From: Spirochaetaceae bacterium
GTDB taxonomy: Bacteria > Spirochaetota > Spirochaetia > DSM-2461
Reading direction: 5' to 3'
Assembly: GCA_051531975.1 (NCBI GenBank)
Contig: JAOPTT010000010.1
Location: 64,001-128,000 of the forward strand
DNA: 64,000 nucleotides
This document shows, piece after piece, positions 41,643 to 51,290 of the stretch; position 1 is the first letter of the stretch, and every line of letters starts with the position of its first letter. Below the pieces are notes generated by a model. That model did no database searches. It saw nothing but the letters and a program-made list of their open reading frames with translations, and was not told the DNA's origin. A program made the position numbers and the translations under genes.

Positions 41643-42656
41643 ATGTTATCTATAGAAGTAACAACAAAATGTAATTTACGATGTATTAATTGTTTTGCCC
41701 ATGATTCCTCCCATGTATTTGAACATCTTGGACTTAAGAAAGCAGAAGAGATAGCTCTTGAGGGTCGAGTTTTAGGTTATAAATCTATCAGTCTTACAGG
41801 TGGTGAGACCTTTTTGTGGCCTTATATACTCGGTTTTTTAACTTACCTTAAAAGTATTGGATATGAAACAATATTGATAAATAGTAACTTACACCTATTA
41901 ACTGAAGAGTTATGTAACAAACTGTCTAAATTTACTGATCTGTTGACCATTAGTTGTAGTATTAATGGATTTAAAGATGAACACGAAATTGTTAGAGGGA
42001 TTGGAAGTTACGATAAAGTAATTACAGGATTAAAAAATGCTATAACGTACGGTTTAAAAATGATTGTATATACAGTCGTTAATAGAAGAAACTTATATGA
42101 TATTCCTAAATTTACTGAGTGGTTATTTAAACAGTTCCCAGAAATTATAGATCTAGTTTTTATACAGTTAAGAGGAATAGACGACGGTTACTACCAGGTA
42201 GAAGACCTTAAACTAGAACCAAAAGATTTAATTGAGTTTGTTAAAATGATCAGCTATTTAAGTCTTGGTGGATATAATGTAAGCATATTAGAGAACTCAT
42301 TATCTACTGTTGTTGCAGAGATGCTTGGTTTTAAGTGGTATCCTAAGAGTCCAGAGATATCTAGAGATGGCAAAATAGTTGTAATGCAAACTGGGGTTAT
42401 TACAGATAATCACTCCAGTTTAGAAATATTAGGGAACTATAACAATCAATCCCTTAAAGATGTATTAGAATCAAAAGAATATAGAGAATTATGTGTAGAC
42501 GAGTCTAAATTATGTATAGGTTGTAAATTTATTTCAATATGTAGAAAGTCCGGTAAAGTGAGACCATCAGATATGTATCATAATACTGGAGACAGTGATT
42601 ATTACTACTGTCAAAAAGTATTAAGTCAGATAACCCAAGGAGTTATAAATGAATGA
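41643..42656 (+). CDS. Radical SAM enzyme with partial SPASM domain (peptide maturase-like)
   Basis: EVTTKCNLRCINC (CX3CX2C); LTGGE; SINGFKDEHEIVRGIGSY; C-terminal CIGCKFISIC...YYC. Confidence 0.85.
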   Translation: MLSIEVTTKCNLRCINCFAHDSSHVFEHLGLKKAEEIALEGRVLGYKSISLTGGETFLWPYILGFLTYLKSIGYETILINSNLHLLTEELCNKLSKFTDLLTISCSINGFKDEHEIVRGIGSYDKVITGLKNAITYGLKMIVYTVVNRRNLYDIPKFTEWLFKQFPEIIDLVFIQLRGIDDGYYQVEDLKLEPKDLIEFVKMISYLSLGGYNVSILENSLSTVVAEMLGFKWYPKSPEISRDGKIVVMQTGVITDNHSSLEILGNYNNQSLKDVLESKEYRELCVDESKLCIGCKFISICRKSGKVRPSDMYHNTGDSDYYYCQKVLSQITQGVINE

Positions 42657-44397
42657 TTTATTGTTAATTGTACCACCCTTTTTTTCCCCTGAATTACAGT
42701 CATTAGGACTACACAATTTACAGGCATGCGCTAGAAAAGAGGGATTCAGTACAGATATAAAATATGTTAACTTTGAATTAGCTAGACGTTTAGGAGATAA
42801 CTTTAAAAACTTCTGTGTTATGAACTATTTCCAATTAGGAGAGAGGATTTTTGCAAAAGCCGCTTGGGGGGATCTAGTTGGTGAGCAATTTTATGACGGA
42901 TTATATGATTTTTCTGACATATTTGACTGGGATAGGAATCCTGTTAAATTCTTTGATGAACAGAATCAATTAACAATAGCAGAGCTAAAAAAGTGTGAAA
43001 AAATAGCTACGTCCTGGCTTTTAGACCTTGAAGAACAATTTAAAGATCTACCTTACAAATATGTTGGTATTTCTAGCTCCTATGAACAGATAAATGCTGG
43101 CATAGCTTTATTTAAAATAATTAAACGGTTAAACCCAGAAATTATAACCTTTATTGGGGGATTTAACTGTGAAGAAGAGATGGCTAAAGGCATAGCATCT
43201 TTAGATAGTGATAGACAGTATATAGATTACATCTTCAGTGGAGAGAGCGAGATAAGCCTAATCAACTTTTTAAAAGATGGTGGATCAAAAAATAGAATTA
43301 TTCGAAGTGAACTTTTACAAGATATGAATATAATCCCGGATCTAGACTACTCAGACTATTTTAACCAGCTAAATTTTAAGACAGAGCATAAATTATTGGT
43401 TATGGAGCATAGCCGTGGCTGCTGGTGGGGAGAAAAAACCCAATGCAAATTCTGTGGAGTTGGACGTCTACAATTTAGAAAAAAGAATTTTGATCGGATT
43501 AAAACAGAGTTAGAAAATGCTAAAAAGTGGGGTATTAAGAGATTGCATATGGCAGATTTAGCTATGCCTGATTCACATTTAACAGACCTTCTTCCCCACC
43601 TCATAGATGAGGATTATGGCTGGGAGATATATTTTGAACAGAAGGTATCCCTTAACTATGAGCAGTTAAAACTCTTAAAGAAATCTGGAGTAAATGAAAT
43701 TCAACCTGGAATCGAAACCCTTAGCGACAATGTATTAAAAAAGATGTCTAAGGGTACTTCAATGAGACAAAATTTAACATTTCTACGTGATGGAACATCT
43801 CTGGGGTTAGAAGTCTTATGGAATATAGTGTGGGGAATTCCTGGAGAGACAATAGAAGATTATAGAGAGATGAATAAATTAATACCTCTACTAGTCCATC
43901 TTATGCCACCTGTAGGGATATTCCATATGACGTTGGTACGTTTTAGTCCATATTTTAATAATCCGAAACAGTATGGGATAACAAATATTAAACCTATAAA
44001 ATCATATTACGATGTATATCCAGATTTTGTAGATATAGACAATTTGGCTATGATATTTAAGTGTGAACATAACGAAGAAAACCTAAATGATAAAACAGAG
44101 TTAATAAAATTTTTAGAACTATTGGAGAGTTGGAACTCAAGGTGGGAGAATAACCTATTTACTCCAAAACTTGAGATAACTAAACTAGGTGATGGCACTG
44201 TAATACTGCTTGATACTCGGGGAATAGAGGGTTGTGAAGTTAAGAGAGAACTAAGTCCAGTAGAAATAGAATTATTATTATATCCTGCTATTTATACTAA
44301 TAGCGATATGGAGAATATGTTTATAGAAAACAAAGTAGCCATACTAGATGATGGATTTTTTATACCACTTGTTATAATTACAGAGGAGATGAGATAA
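42649..44397 (+). CDS. B12-dependent radical SAM RiPP C-methyltransferase (TIGR03975-like)
   Basis: N-terminal B12-binding fold (PPF...SLGL; FIGGFNCE; FSGESE); SRGCWWGEKTQCKFCG (CX7CX2C); IQPGIE; WNIVWGIPGE; LVHLMPP; RFSPYF. Confidence 0.85.
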   Translation: MNDLLLIVPPFFSPELQSLGLHNLQACARKEGFSTDIKYVNFELARRLGDNFKNFCVMNYFQLGERIFAKAAWGDLVGEQFYDGLYDFSDIFDWDRNPVKFFDEQNQLTIAELKKCEKIATSWLLDLEEQFKDLPYKYVGISSSYEQINAGIALFKIIKRLNPEIITFIGGFNCEEEMAKGIASLDSDRQYIDYIFSGESEISLINFLKDGGSKNRIIRSELLQDMNIIPDLDYSDYFNQLNFKTEHKLLVMEHSRGCWWGEKTQCKFCGVGRLQFRKKNFDRIKTELENAKKWGIKRLHMADLAMPDSHLTDLLPHLIDEDYGWEIYFEQKVSLNYEQLKLLKKSGVNEIQPGIETLSDNVLKKMSKGTSMRQNLTFLRDGTSLGLEVLWNIVWGIPGETIEDYREMNKLIPLLVHLMPPVGIFHMTLVRFSPYFNNPKQYGITNIKPIKSYYDVYPDFVDIDNLAMIFKCEHNEENLNDKTELIKFLELLESWNSRWENNLFTPKLEITKLGDGTVILLDTRGIEGCEVKRELSPVEIELLLYPAIYTNSDMENMFIENKVAILDDGFFIPLVIITEEMR

Positions 44398-45056
44398 TGG
44401 AAAAAGTTGTAAATGATAAAAAAATATGGGATGAGATATACGAAAAAGAGAACTTTACACCTGGATGGGGAAGCCCAGGTTTGGATAATAATATAGTTAC
44501 CTATGTAAAAGCTTATATAAATGAGTACAAACTTAAATCATTGTCCATATTAGATATTGGTTGTGGTAATGGTAGAAATTCCTTTGTAAAAGAGGAGCTG
44601 GAGAAAGATGGAGTTATTGTAGATTATACAGGTGCTGATTTTTCAGAGAAAGCTCTGACATACTGTAGGGAAACTTATACAGATAAAGAGTTTATACATC
44701 TTGATATTACTGATAATAACCTTCCTTTAAAAGAGAGTTATGATGTTATTATTGACTGTGGTTGTTTCCACGCTATTCCACCTGAAGTTCGTATTAAATA
44801 CATAGATAATGTAAAAAAACATTGCTCAGATAGTAGTTTATTAATTATTGGTGCATGGTACCGGGAAGAGAAACATACAGAAGTAGATAAACCTTCATAC
44901 TTTCCCTACCTCTATTTAGACGAATGGTTTCTTAATAGAAGTGATATGACCCAGATATTTAATAATAAGTTTAATGTTATATCTGAGCTTGTTGATAACA
45001 GGATATATGAAGGTTTAAACAAAGGCTTCGCATATTTTAGATTAAGACTTTGTTAA
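44397..45056 (+). CDS. Class I SAM-dependent methyltransferase
   Basis: ILDIGCGNGRN; GADFS; YDVIIDCGCFH. Confidence 0.88.
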   Translation: MEKVVNDKKIWDEIYEKENFTPGWGSPGLDNNIVTYVKAYINEYKLKSLSILDIGCGNGRNSFVKEELEKDGVIVDYTGADFSEKALTYCRETYTDKEFIHLDITDNNLPLKESYDVIIDCGCFHAIPPEVRIKYIDNVKKHCSDSSLLIIGAWYREEKHTEVDKPSYFPYLYLDEWFLNRSDMTQIFNNKFNVISELVDNRIYEGLNKGFAYFRLRLC

Positions 45057-45947
45057 TGGTGGTATAACTCCGGTTATACCCCACATCTCAGAATCTACAC
45101 CACACTCTCCATACTTAATCCAGAAGTAACCACTCTCTCCCCAGCTTTCACCCCAGGAGTTTTTACATAACCAAGCCTCTTTATCATCTGAATAACCAAC
45201 TATAGTTATGCAGTGACCTCCAAGTTCTGGTCCTAATATAGGGCTATAGATTCCTTCTCCATAAAAAAGAAAGTCCGCTCTTAAACTCATAGCACCGATA
45301 AGTGGGCCATTAGTAAATATCCAGCTTTTCATTTCCTCTTCAGTAGTTAGTGTTTTATAACCTTTTATTTTTGTAACCCTATTCTGCCATCCCGTCGACA
45401 GAGCTTTATCCTTATCGTCAGTATCGTAGGGAAACTCTTTTTCAGTTACAACTCCAGTATTAACTAGATAGTTTAGAGCATCTTCCACAGGCCAACCTGT
45501 TTTACAGTTATGGGTACTCGGTGTATCTTCTGGAGAAAACCCAGGGCTCTTAAAAAACAACTGACCTTCAGAGAGATTTATATCCACATTATGTTCAATT
45601 TTTGCCATACTCTCTGTAACTGCTAATGAACCAAAGGCTGCACAGGAACTGCAAAACCCCTGGTTTTTAACAGTTGCCATATAATTTTTACCCTTTTTAT
45701 TTAACCAGTTAAAACTTTTAGGGTAGTCTACTGTAATTATTTTAGTATCCTTCAGATGTTTAATATGGTTTTCCCTAGAAATTTCTACCCTTTCATCTAA
45801 TGATAACGTACTTTCTGTGGTTCTAAATCCAGCTAAACTCTTTAACTCTTCAAAAAGTATACCTGTAAAAAGGTTTAATGAAGGTGTCCACTGGGGTTTC
45901 TCTAACTTTGATAATTCTTTAAAAAATAACTCGTCTAATATACTCAT
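45042..45947 (-). CDS. Papain-like (C1A) cysteine peptidase, cytoplasmic, with N-terminal pro-like region
   Basis: YPKSFNW; VKNQGFCSSCAAF; LSEGQL; GGHCITIVGY; KNSWGESWGESGY. Confidence 0.9.
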   Translation of the reverse strand: MSILDELFFKELSKLEKPQWTPSLNLFTGILFEELKSLAGFRTTESTLSLDERVEISRENHIKHLKDTKIITVDYPKSFNWLNKKGKNYMATVKNQGFCSSCAAFGSLAVTESMAKIEHNVDINLSEGQLFFKSPGFSPEDTPSTHNCKTGWPVEDALNYLVNTGVVTEKEFPYDTDDKDKALSTGWQNRVTKIKGYKTLTTEEEMKSWIFTNGPLIGAMSLRADFLFYGEGIYSPILGPELGGHCITIVGYSDDKEAWLCKNSWGESWGESGYFWIKYGECGVDSEMWGITGVIPPLTKS

Positions 45948-46028
45948 GCTGGGATTATACTACGGTTATTAATAATCTAGGTATAATTTTATGGGTAATC
46001 GATTTATGTTTGTATTATAATATTAATT

Positions 46029-46868
46029 ATGAAGAAATATATAATAATATTGTCACTATTAATTACACTTTTTTCATGTTCCAAATTTAGTAAACAACTG
46101 TATCAAGAACATGAAATGGTATTGGTTGAACCTGGTTCCTTTATTATGGGCTCAGATTCTGGGAAAGAGAACGAAAAGCCAGCCCACAAAGTTAAAATAA
46201 CAAGAGCATATTATATAGGTGTTTATGAAGTCACCTTTAATCAGTACGATGCTTATACACTGGAAACTAAAAGGAAATCTGCAGACCCAACTATTAAAGA
46301 TAGAGGGCAAAGACCTGTAATGAGTGTGGACTGGATACAAGCTGTAACCTACTGTAACTGGTTAAGTAAAAAAGAGGGATTCACCCCTTGTTATATAGTA
46401 AAAGGTGTAAAAACAACATGTAATTTTGAAGCCGATGGTTATAGATTACCAACTGAAGCAGAGTGGGAATTTGCAGCCTCTGGGGGGAATAAAAGCAAAG
46501 GATTTATATATTCCGGAAGCAATAATGTTGATGAAGTAGGATGGTATGAAAAAAACTCAAATAACGATTTTTATAATATAGGACTTAAGAAACCTAACGA
46601 ATTAGGACTGTACGATATGTCAGGGAACATGTGGGAATGGTGTTGGGATTATTGGGATAAAGATTATTATAAATATTCACCATCCATAGATCCAACAGGG
46701 CCATTAACAATACCGAAACAGGACATGGCATATAATGTGGAAAAATCCAGGCGTAGCTCCAGATGGTTAAATACAGAATTTTATCTGAGAGTTTTTAACC
46801 GTTCAGCAGACTTCATAAATTATGAGGGAGATAATGGAATACGTCTTGTAAGAAGTAAAGTTAATTAA
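46029..46868 (+). CDS. FGE-sulfatase (SUMF1/EgtB/PvdO) domain lipoprotein, probably non-catalytic
   Basis: LFSC lipobox; FIMGS; YEVT; YRLPTEAEWEFAA; PNELGLYDMSGNMWEWC. Confidence 0.88.
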   Translation: MKKYIIILSLLITLFSCSKFSKQLYQEHEMVLVEPGSFIMGSDSGKENEKPAHKVKITRAYYIGVYEVTFNQYDAYTLETKRKSADPTIKDRGQRPVMSVDWIQAVTYCNWLSKKEGFTPCYIVKGVKTTCNFEADGYRLPTEAEWEFAASGGNKSKGFIYSGSNNVDEVGWYEKNSNNDFYNIGLKKPNELGLYDMSGNMWEWCWDYWDKDYYKYSPSIDPTGPLTIPKQDMAYNVEKSRRSSRWLNTEFYLRVFNRSADFINYEGDNGIRLVRSKVN

Positions 46869-46983
46869 CAATTTATATAATATCCTTTATAGATATAATT
46901 AGATTAATGAAATACAATTCATCTTGGATATCTCACTTAAGATGCTCCGGTTTTGCCTAGTAATTAATATTAACGGAGAAATA

Positions 46984-48174
46984 ATGAAAAATAGAAATTT
47001 ATGGTTCTTAATAGCTACACAATGCTTTTTTATGAGTGCTAATATGATGTTTACAACACTTGCACCAATGTTAGGAAAATCGCTACTAATAAATGTTAGT
47101 TATGCTACCCTGCCCATGGCTATGAGTATGTTATCAATGCTTATTTTCTCTTTCCCCGTAAGTATATGGATGGGGAAAAAAGGACGGGGACCAGCTTTTA
47201 AAACAGGCTTACTATCTAATATGTTAGCCGCAGTTATATTTTTTATAGCACTCCAGTCTAATCAATTTTATCTATTATTAATAGGTTCTGTTTTTTTTGG
47301 ATTCTCAATATCCACTGCAAATTTCTATAGATTTGCAGCTATGGAACTAGTACCTGAAAAAGATCAATCTAAAGCTATATCCATGGTTATGTCTGTTGGA
47401 ATAGTTGCTGCTTTAGTCGGCCCCAATTTAGGTTCTGTTACTAAAAATCTAATTTTTGATATTGATTTCTCCGCATCAGTACTTACTTTTATTCCACTAT
47501 CATTAATGAGTCTAATAATGGTTTCAAATGTAAAATGGCCGGCAATAAAAGAATTAAAAAAAGAAAACGATGATATAACCACCTTAATTGCTCCCCTTGA
47601 TATATGGAAATCTGGAACTTGGAAGCCAATTTTTGGGGCCATGGTATCATTTGGAATAATGGTTTTAATTATGAGTGCTACACCCCTACATATGTCAGCT
47701 TCTAAATATGCATTTTCTGATACTGCTTGGGTAATTCAATGGCATGTATTAGGTATGTTTGCCCCATCTTTTTTCCTTGGTTGGATAATAAAGAAGATAG
47801 GTTTAAATAGACTGCTTATATTAGGAGTAATATTTTTAATCCTCTCTATAGCTGTTAATTTAATTTCTGATAGTAGAGCCCTTTTAACTATTGGATTATT
47901 ATTCTTAGGCATAGGTTGGAACTTCCTATTTCTTGGTTCTAGTAAGTGGTTAATGAATTGTATAATACACTTAAATGTAAAGGAAAGATCTAGAGTTCAA
48001 GGTATAAACGAAGTATTAGTATACGGCTTATCATCTGCTGCAACTCTTAGTTCCGGCTGGATAATAAATAAACTAGGGTGGCAAGTACTAAATATAGTTG
48101 CACTTCCTATTTTAATACTATTATTAGGTGTATTAATTCTAAATACTTTGAAAACCAAAAAGTTAATCTTATAA
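46984..48174 (+). CDS. MFS transporter
   Basis: About 12 TM helices; FYRFAAMELV; VIQWHVLGMFAPSFF; GIGWNFLF; start ATG 46984 after GGAG. Confidence 0.88.
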   Translation: MKNRNLWFLIATQCFFMSANMMFTTLAPMLGKSLLINVSYATLPMAMSMLSMLIFSFPVSIWMGKKGRGPAFKTGLLSNMLAAVIFFIALQSNQFYLLLIGSVFFGFSISTANFYRFAAMELVPEKDQSKAISMVMSVGIVAALVGPNLGSVTKNLIFDIDFSASVLTFIPLSLMSLIMVSNVKWPAIKELKKENDDITTLIAPLDIWKSGTWKPIFGAMVSFGIMVLIMSATPLHMSASKYAFSDTAWVIQWHVLGMFAPSFFLGWIIKKIGLNRLLILGVIFLILSIAVNLISDSRALLTIGLLFLGIGWNFLFLGSSKWLMNCIIHLNVKERSRVQGINEVLVYGLSSAATLSSGWIINKLGWQVLNIVALPILILLLGVLILNTLKTKKLIL

Positions 48175-48250
48175 AATTATTCCCATATAAATTAGCAACT
48201 TTAAGTAAAATGATTGTTTTCCCTATAGATTGAACCTAAACTTTTTATAT

Positions 48251-48580
48251 ATGGACAGTGAAATAGATGAAATTCTGGAAGTTGAAAGAAAAGCAAAATC
48301 AATAATAGATGATGCAAGAGCGAAATCCCTCAAAATCAGGTCTAAAGACGATATAGAGATTAGTAACAGAACAAAAAGTATTAAAGATGAAATTAATAGT
48401 TATCTGAAAACAGAATCAAAAAATGCAAAAATAGAAAGTTCCAAGGAACATCAATTAAAAATAGAAGAGGTTGAATCCACTATTCTATTTGATACAGTAC
48501 CTAAAAAAATAAAAGATAAATTAATAAATGATATAATATCTATAATTCTTGATACCACATTTAAGATGGTGGAGAGATGA
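48251..48580 (+). CDS. V/A-type ATPase peripheral stalk subunit G/H-like
   Basis: Charged coiled coil (ILEVERKAKSIIDDA); first gene of the operon. Confidence 0.6.
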   Translation: MDSEIDEILEVERKAKSIIDDARAKSLKIRSKDDIEISNRTKSIKDEINSYLKTESKNAKIESSKEHQLKIEEVESTILFDTVPKKIKDKLINDIISIILDTTFKMVER

Positions 48581-49608
48581 TAAATAGTAAATTTATTAAT
48601 TCAAAACTAAAAGCAAAAATGAGCCTTATGTTAACAAAGGAATTTTTTAATATATTAAGCCGTTCCAACTCCTTAGAAGAAGGTATCCAGATGTTAAGGG
48701 GAACAGACTTTGACATCTTAACCAGGAATTATATGCTTACAGGTGATCTTAAAATGGGAGAACTGGAACTCTTTAAAAAACAGATAAAGTTTTATACAGA
48801 ACTTGAACCATTTTACCCTACAAGTTTTAAACCTCTAGTACATGCACTACTTCTAAAATATGAGATTGATGTCTTAAAATCTGTATTCAGATTGTGGTTT
48901 GATAAAAATATTAGAAAACGTGATATAGGTGGACGATTAGGTTATATATATAGAAACAGTATAATAAATAAAATACCAATAGATGAAATCTTAAACTGTT
49001 CTAGTTTAGAGAAGATAGCGCAACTTTTTGAAGATTCACCATACTATTCTCTAGTTGTTTTAGAATCTGGGAACATATTAAAATATCAATCCCTATTTTT
49101 ATTTGAAACCAGTCTGGATATTTTATACTTCAGAGAAATATTTTCAGCTATAAATAGATTAAAAAGAGAGAACAAAAAAATTGCTTTAACATATTATAAC
49201 TATGTAGTTGATGTAGAAAATATAAAATGGGCAAATAGGTTTAGAGAGTTTGATGTTTATAAAGATATAGATTTTGGTGCAATATACATCCCCTATGGGT
49301 TAATAAACAAACAGTTATATAAAAGACTTTTAAAATCTGAAGATTCTGAGTTCCTAGAACAGTTAAAAAAAAGATATAAGAAGATTAATATAAACAGAGA
49401 TGAACAGTTCCCAGTAGATAAGACAATTTACGAAATGGAACTATCTATCCAGCTTAAAATACAAAAGTTATTACATGGAGATCCATTTTCAATAGGAACC
49501 TTAATAGCATATTTTTATAAAAAACAGCTGGAAATTAGTAAAATAATTACTGTATTAAATGCAATATCCTATGAATTATCTGAAAAAAGAATAAGGGAGT
49601 TAATATGA
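48577..49608 (+). CDS. ntpC: V/A-type ATPase subunit C (d)
   Basis: FINSKLKAK; YEIDVLK; DVENIKW; PFSIGTLIAY. Confidence 0.8.
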   Translation: MINSKFINSKLKAKMSLMLTKEFFNILSRSNSLEEGIQMLRGTDFDILTRNYMLTGDLKMGELELFKKQIKFYTELEPFYPTSFKPLVHALLLKYEIDVLKSVFRLWFDKNIRKRDIGGRLGYIYRNSIINKIPIDEILNCSSLEKIAQLFEDSPYYSLVVLESGNILKYQSLFLFETSLDILYFREIFSAINRLKRENKKIALTYYNYVVDVENIKWANRFREFDVYKDIDFGAIYIPYGLINKQLYKRLLKSEDSEFLEQLKKRYKKININRDEQFPVDKTIYEMELSIQLKIQKLLHGDPFSIGTLIAYFYKKQLEISKIITVLNAISYELSEKRIRELI

Positions 49609-51290
49609 TATTCCCCTTAAAAATGAGAAAAATTACAGCTATATTATTAAAAGAATATGGTGATGATATGGCAAAATCCCTTTTGGATATTGGTGTTATA
49701 GATTTTATTAACCCAGAAAATATGGAAACAAAGGATAATCTAAAATCTCTAGAATTATTAAAAGATCGAATAGATATATTTCTAAATATGATTCCTGGAA
49801 ACAAAGACAGCAAAAACTTAAGTATGGAAGATCTAACTATAATAGATTCTCCAATGGTTATTAAGTTTCTAGATACTCTAAATGATAAATTAAAACATAT
49901 TAGAAAAGAGCAAAAACAGATACAGGAAAAGATTTTATCCCTAGAAGAGATAGAGAGACAAACCAAACTAATACCTGGGGATATACCCTCTGATGCCTCA
50001 TCAGATATTGAAGAGTTAAGACAGAATCAGTTAATATTAAATGACAAAACATTAGAAACTGTAGAATCACATAAAGATGAATTATTAAAAATATCAAGGG
50101 AACTAAAGACTAATATTATATATATTCAGATTCAAACTAGTTTTGTACAAACCGATAGTACATTTATCTTTTCTGGGTGGATACCTGAGATTAATATAAA
50201 AAAACTTGAAAATAGATTAAACGACATTACATCTAATAACTACTATTTAAAATTATCAGACGAGATAGAGGACATACCTGTTGAACTCTCCTCCCCAGGT
50301 ATACTTAATCCATTTAAAAAAATAGTGGAGAACTACTCGCTTCCAGATTATGGAACCATAGATCCTACAATATTTACAGCCTTCACCTACATGATAATGT
50401 TTGGATTAATGTTTGCAGATGCAGGACATGGTTTTGTTATATTAACAATAGGTTTATTAGGAATAAAATTTATTAAAGGTAAATATAATCATATATATCA
50501 GTTAATGATCTGGTGTGGATTTTCAGCAATAATATTTGGAATACTTTTTGGATCATATTTTGGTATGAAATGGTTTAATCCTATCTGGTTTGATTACCAC
50601 GGAATTATCTCGGGAGAGTCCCATGGTGATTCAGAAATAAACACTATTTTTGGTGTACTTGGAGTAACCGTCTATTTTGGCATATTTGTTATATATCTTG
50701 GTCTTGTAATGAACTGGGTAAATCTATTTATTCAAAAGAGATGGATCAGACTGTTTTTTGCTAAAGAGGGAATCCTTGGTGGCTGGATATATGGAGCAGG
50801 AATATATACAGCACGTTTTTTTATAATAAATGATTACAAATCCCTACCAGATCCGGTTTTACTGTTTTTTATTATTATGTTACCTACACTTCTGCTATTT
50901 GTGAAAGCACCTCTTGAATCTAGAGATGAAAAGTTTTCAGCTAGCCTAATTACAGATTTTATAATGGACGGGATTGTACAAGTCCTTGAAATGTTTACAG
51001 GCTACCTCTCAAACACCCTATCTTTTATGAGGATTGCAGGCCTTGGAATAGCACATATAAGTCTCATGATCGCATTTTTTCAGATTGCCCAGTCAGTAAA
51101 CAATACCTTTATATCAATAATCATCCTTATATTAGGAAATGCCTTAGTAATAACACTGGAAGGACTATCAGCTGGAATACAGTCATTAAGGTTAAATTAT
51201 TATGAATTTTACTCAAAATATTTTAATGGGAAAGGTCGGGGTTTTAATCCGCTATCCCTAGGTTATATAAAAAAGAAGGAGTCAATATGA
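49605..51290 (+). CDS. ntpI: V/A-type ATPase subunit I (a)
   Basis: GWIP; IDPT; FGLMFADAGHG; NTLSFMRI; IQSLRLNYYEFY. Confidence 0.92.
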   Translation: MIFPLKMRKITAILLKEYGDDMAKSLLDIGVIDFINPENMETKDNLKSLELLKDRIDIFLNMIPGNKDSKNLSMEDLTIIDSPMVIKFLDTLNDKLKHIRKEQKQIQEKILSLEEIERQTKLIPGDIPSDASSDIEELRQNQLILNDKTLETVESHKDELLKISRELKTNIIYIQIQTSFVQTDSTFIFSGWIPEINIKKLENRLNDITSNNYYLKLSDEIEDIPVELSSPGILNPFKKIVENYSLPDYGTIDPTIFTAFTYMIMFGLMFADAGHGFVILTIGLLGIKFIKGKYNHIYQLMIWCGFSAIIFGILFGSYFGMKWFNPIWFDYHGIISGESHGDSEINTIFGVLGVTVYFGIFVIYLGLVMNWVNLFIQKRWIRLFFAKEGILGGWIYGAGIYTARFFIINDYKSLPDPVLLFFIIMLPTLLLFVKAPLESRDEKFSASLITDFIMDGIVQVLEMFTGYLSNTLSFMRIAGLGIAHISLMIAFFQIAQSVNNTFISIIILILGNALVITLEGLSAGIQSLRLNYYEFYSKYFNGKGRGFNPLSLGYIKKKESI

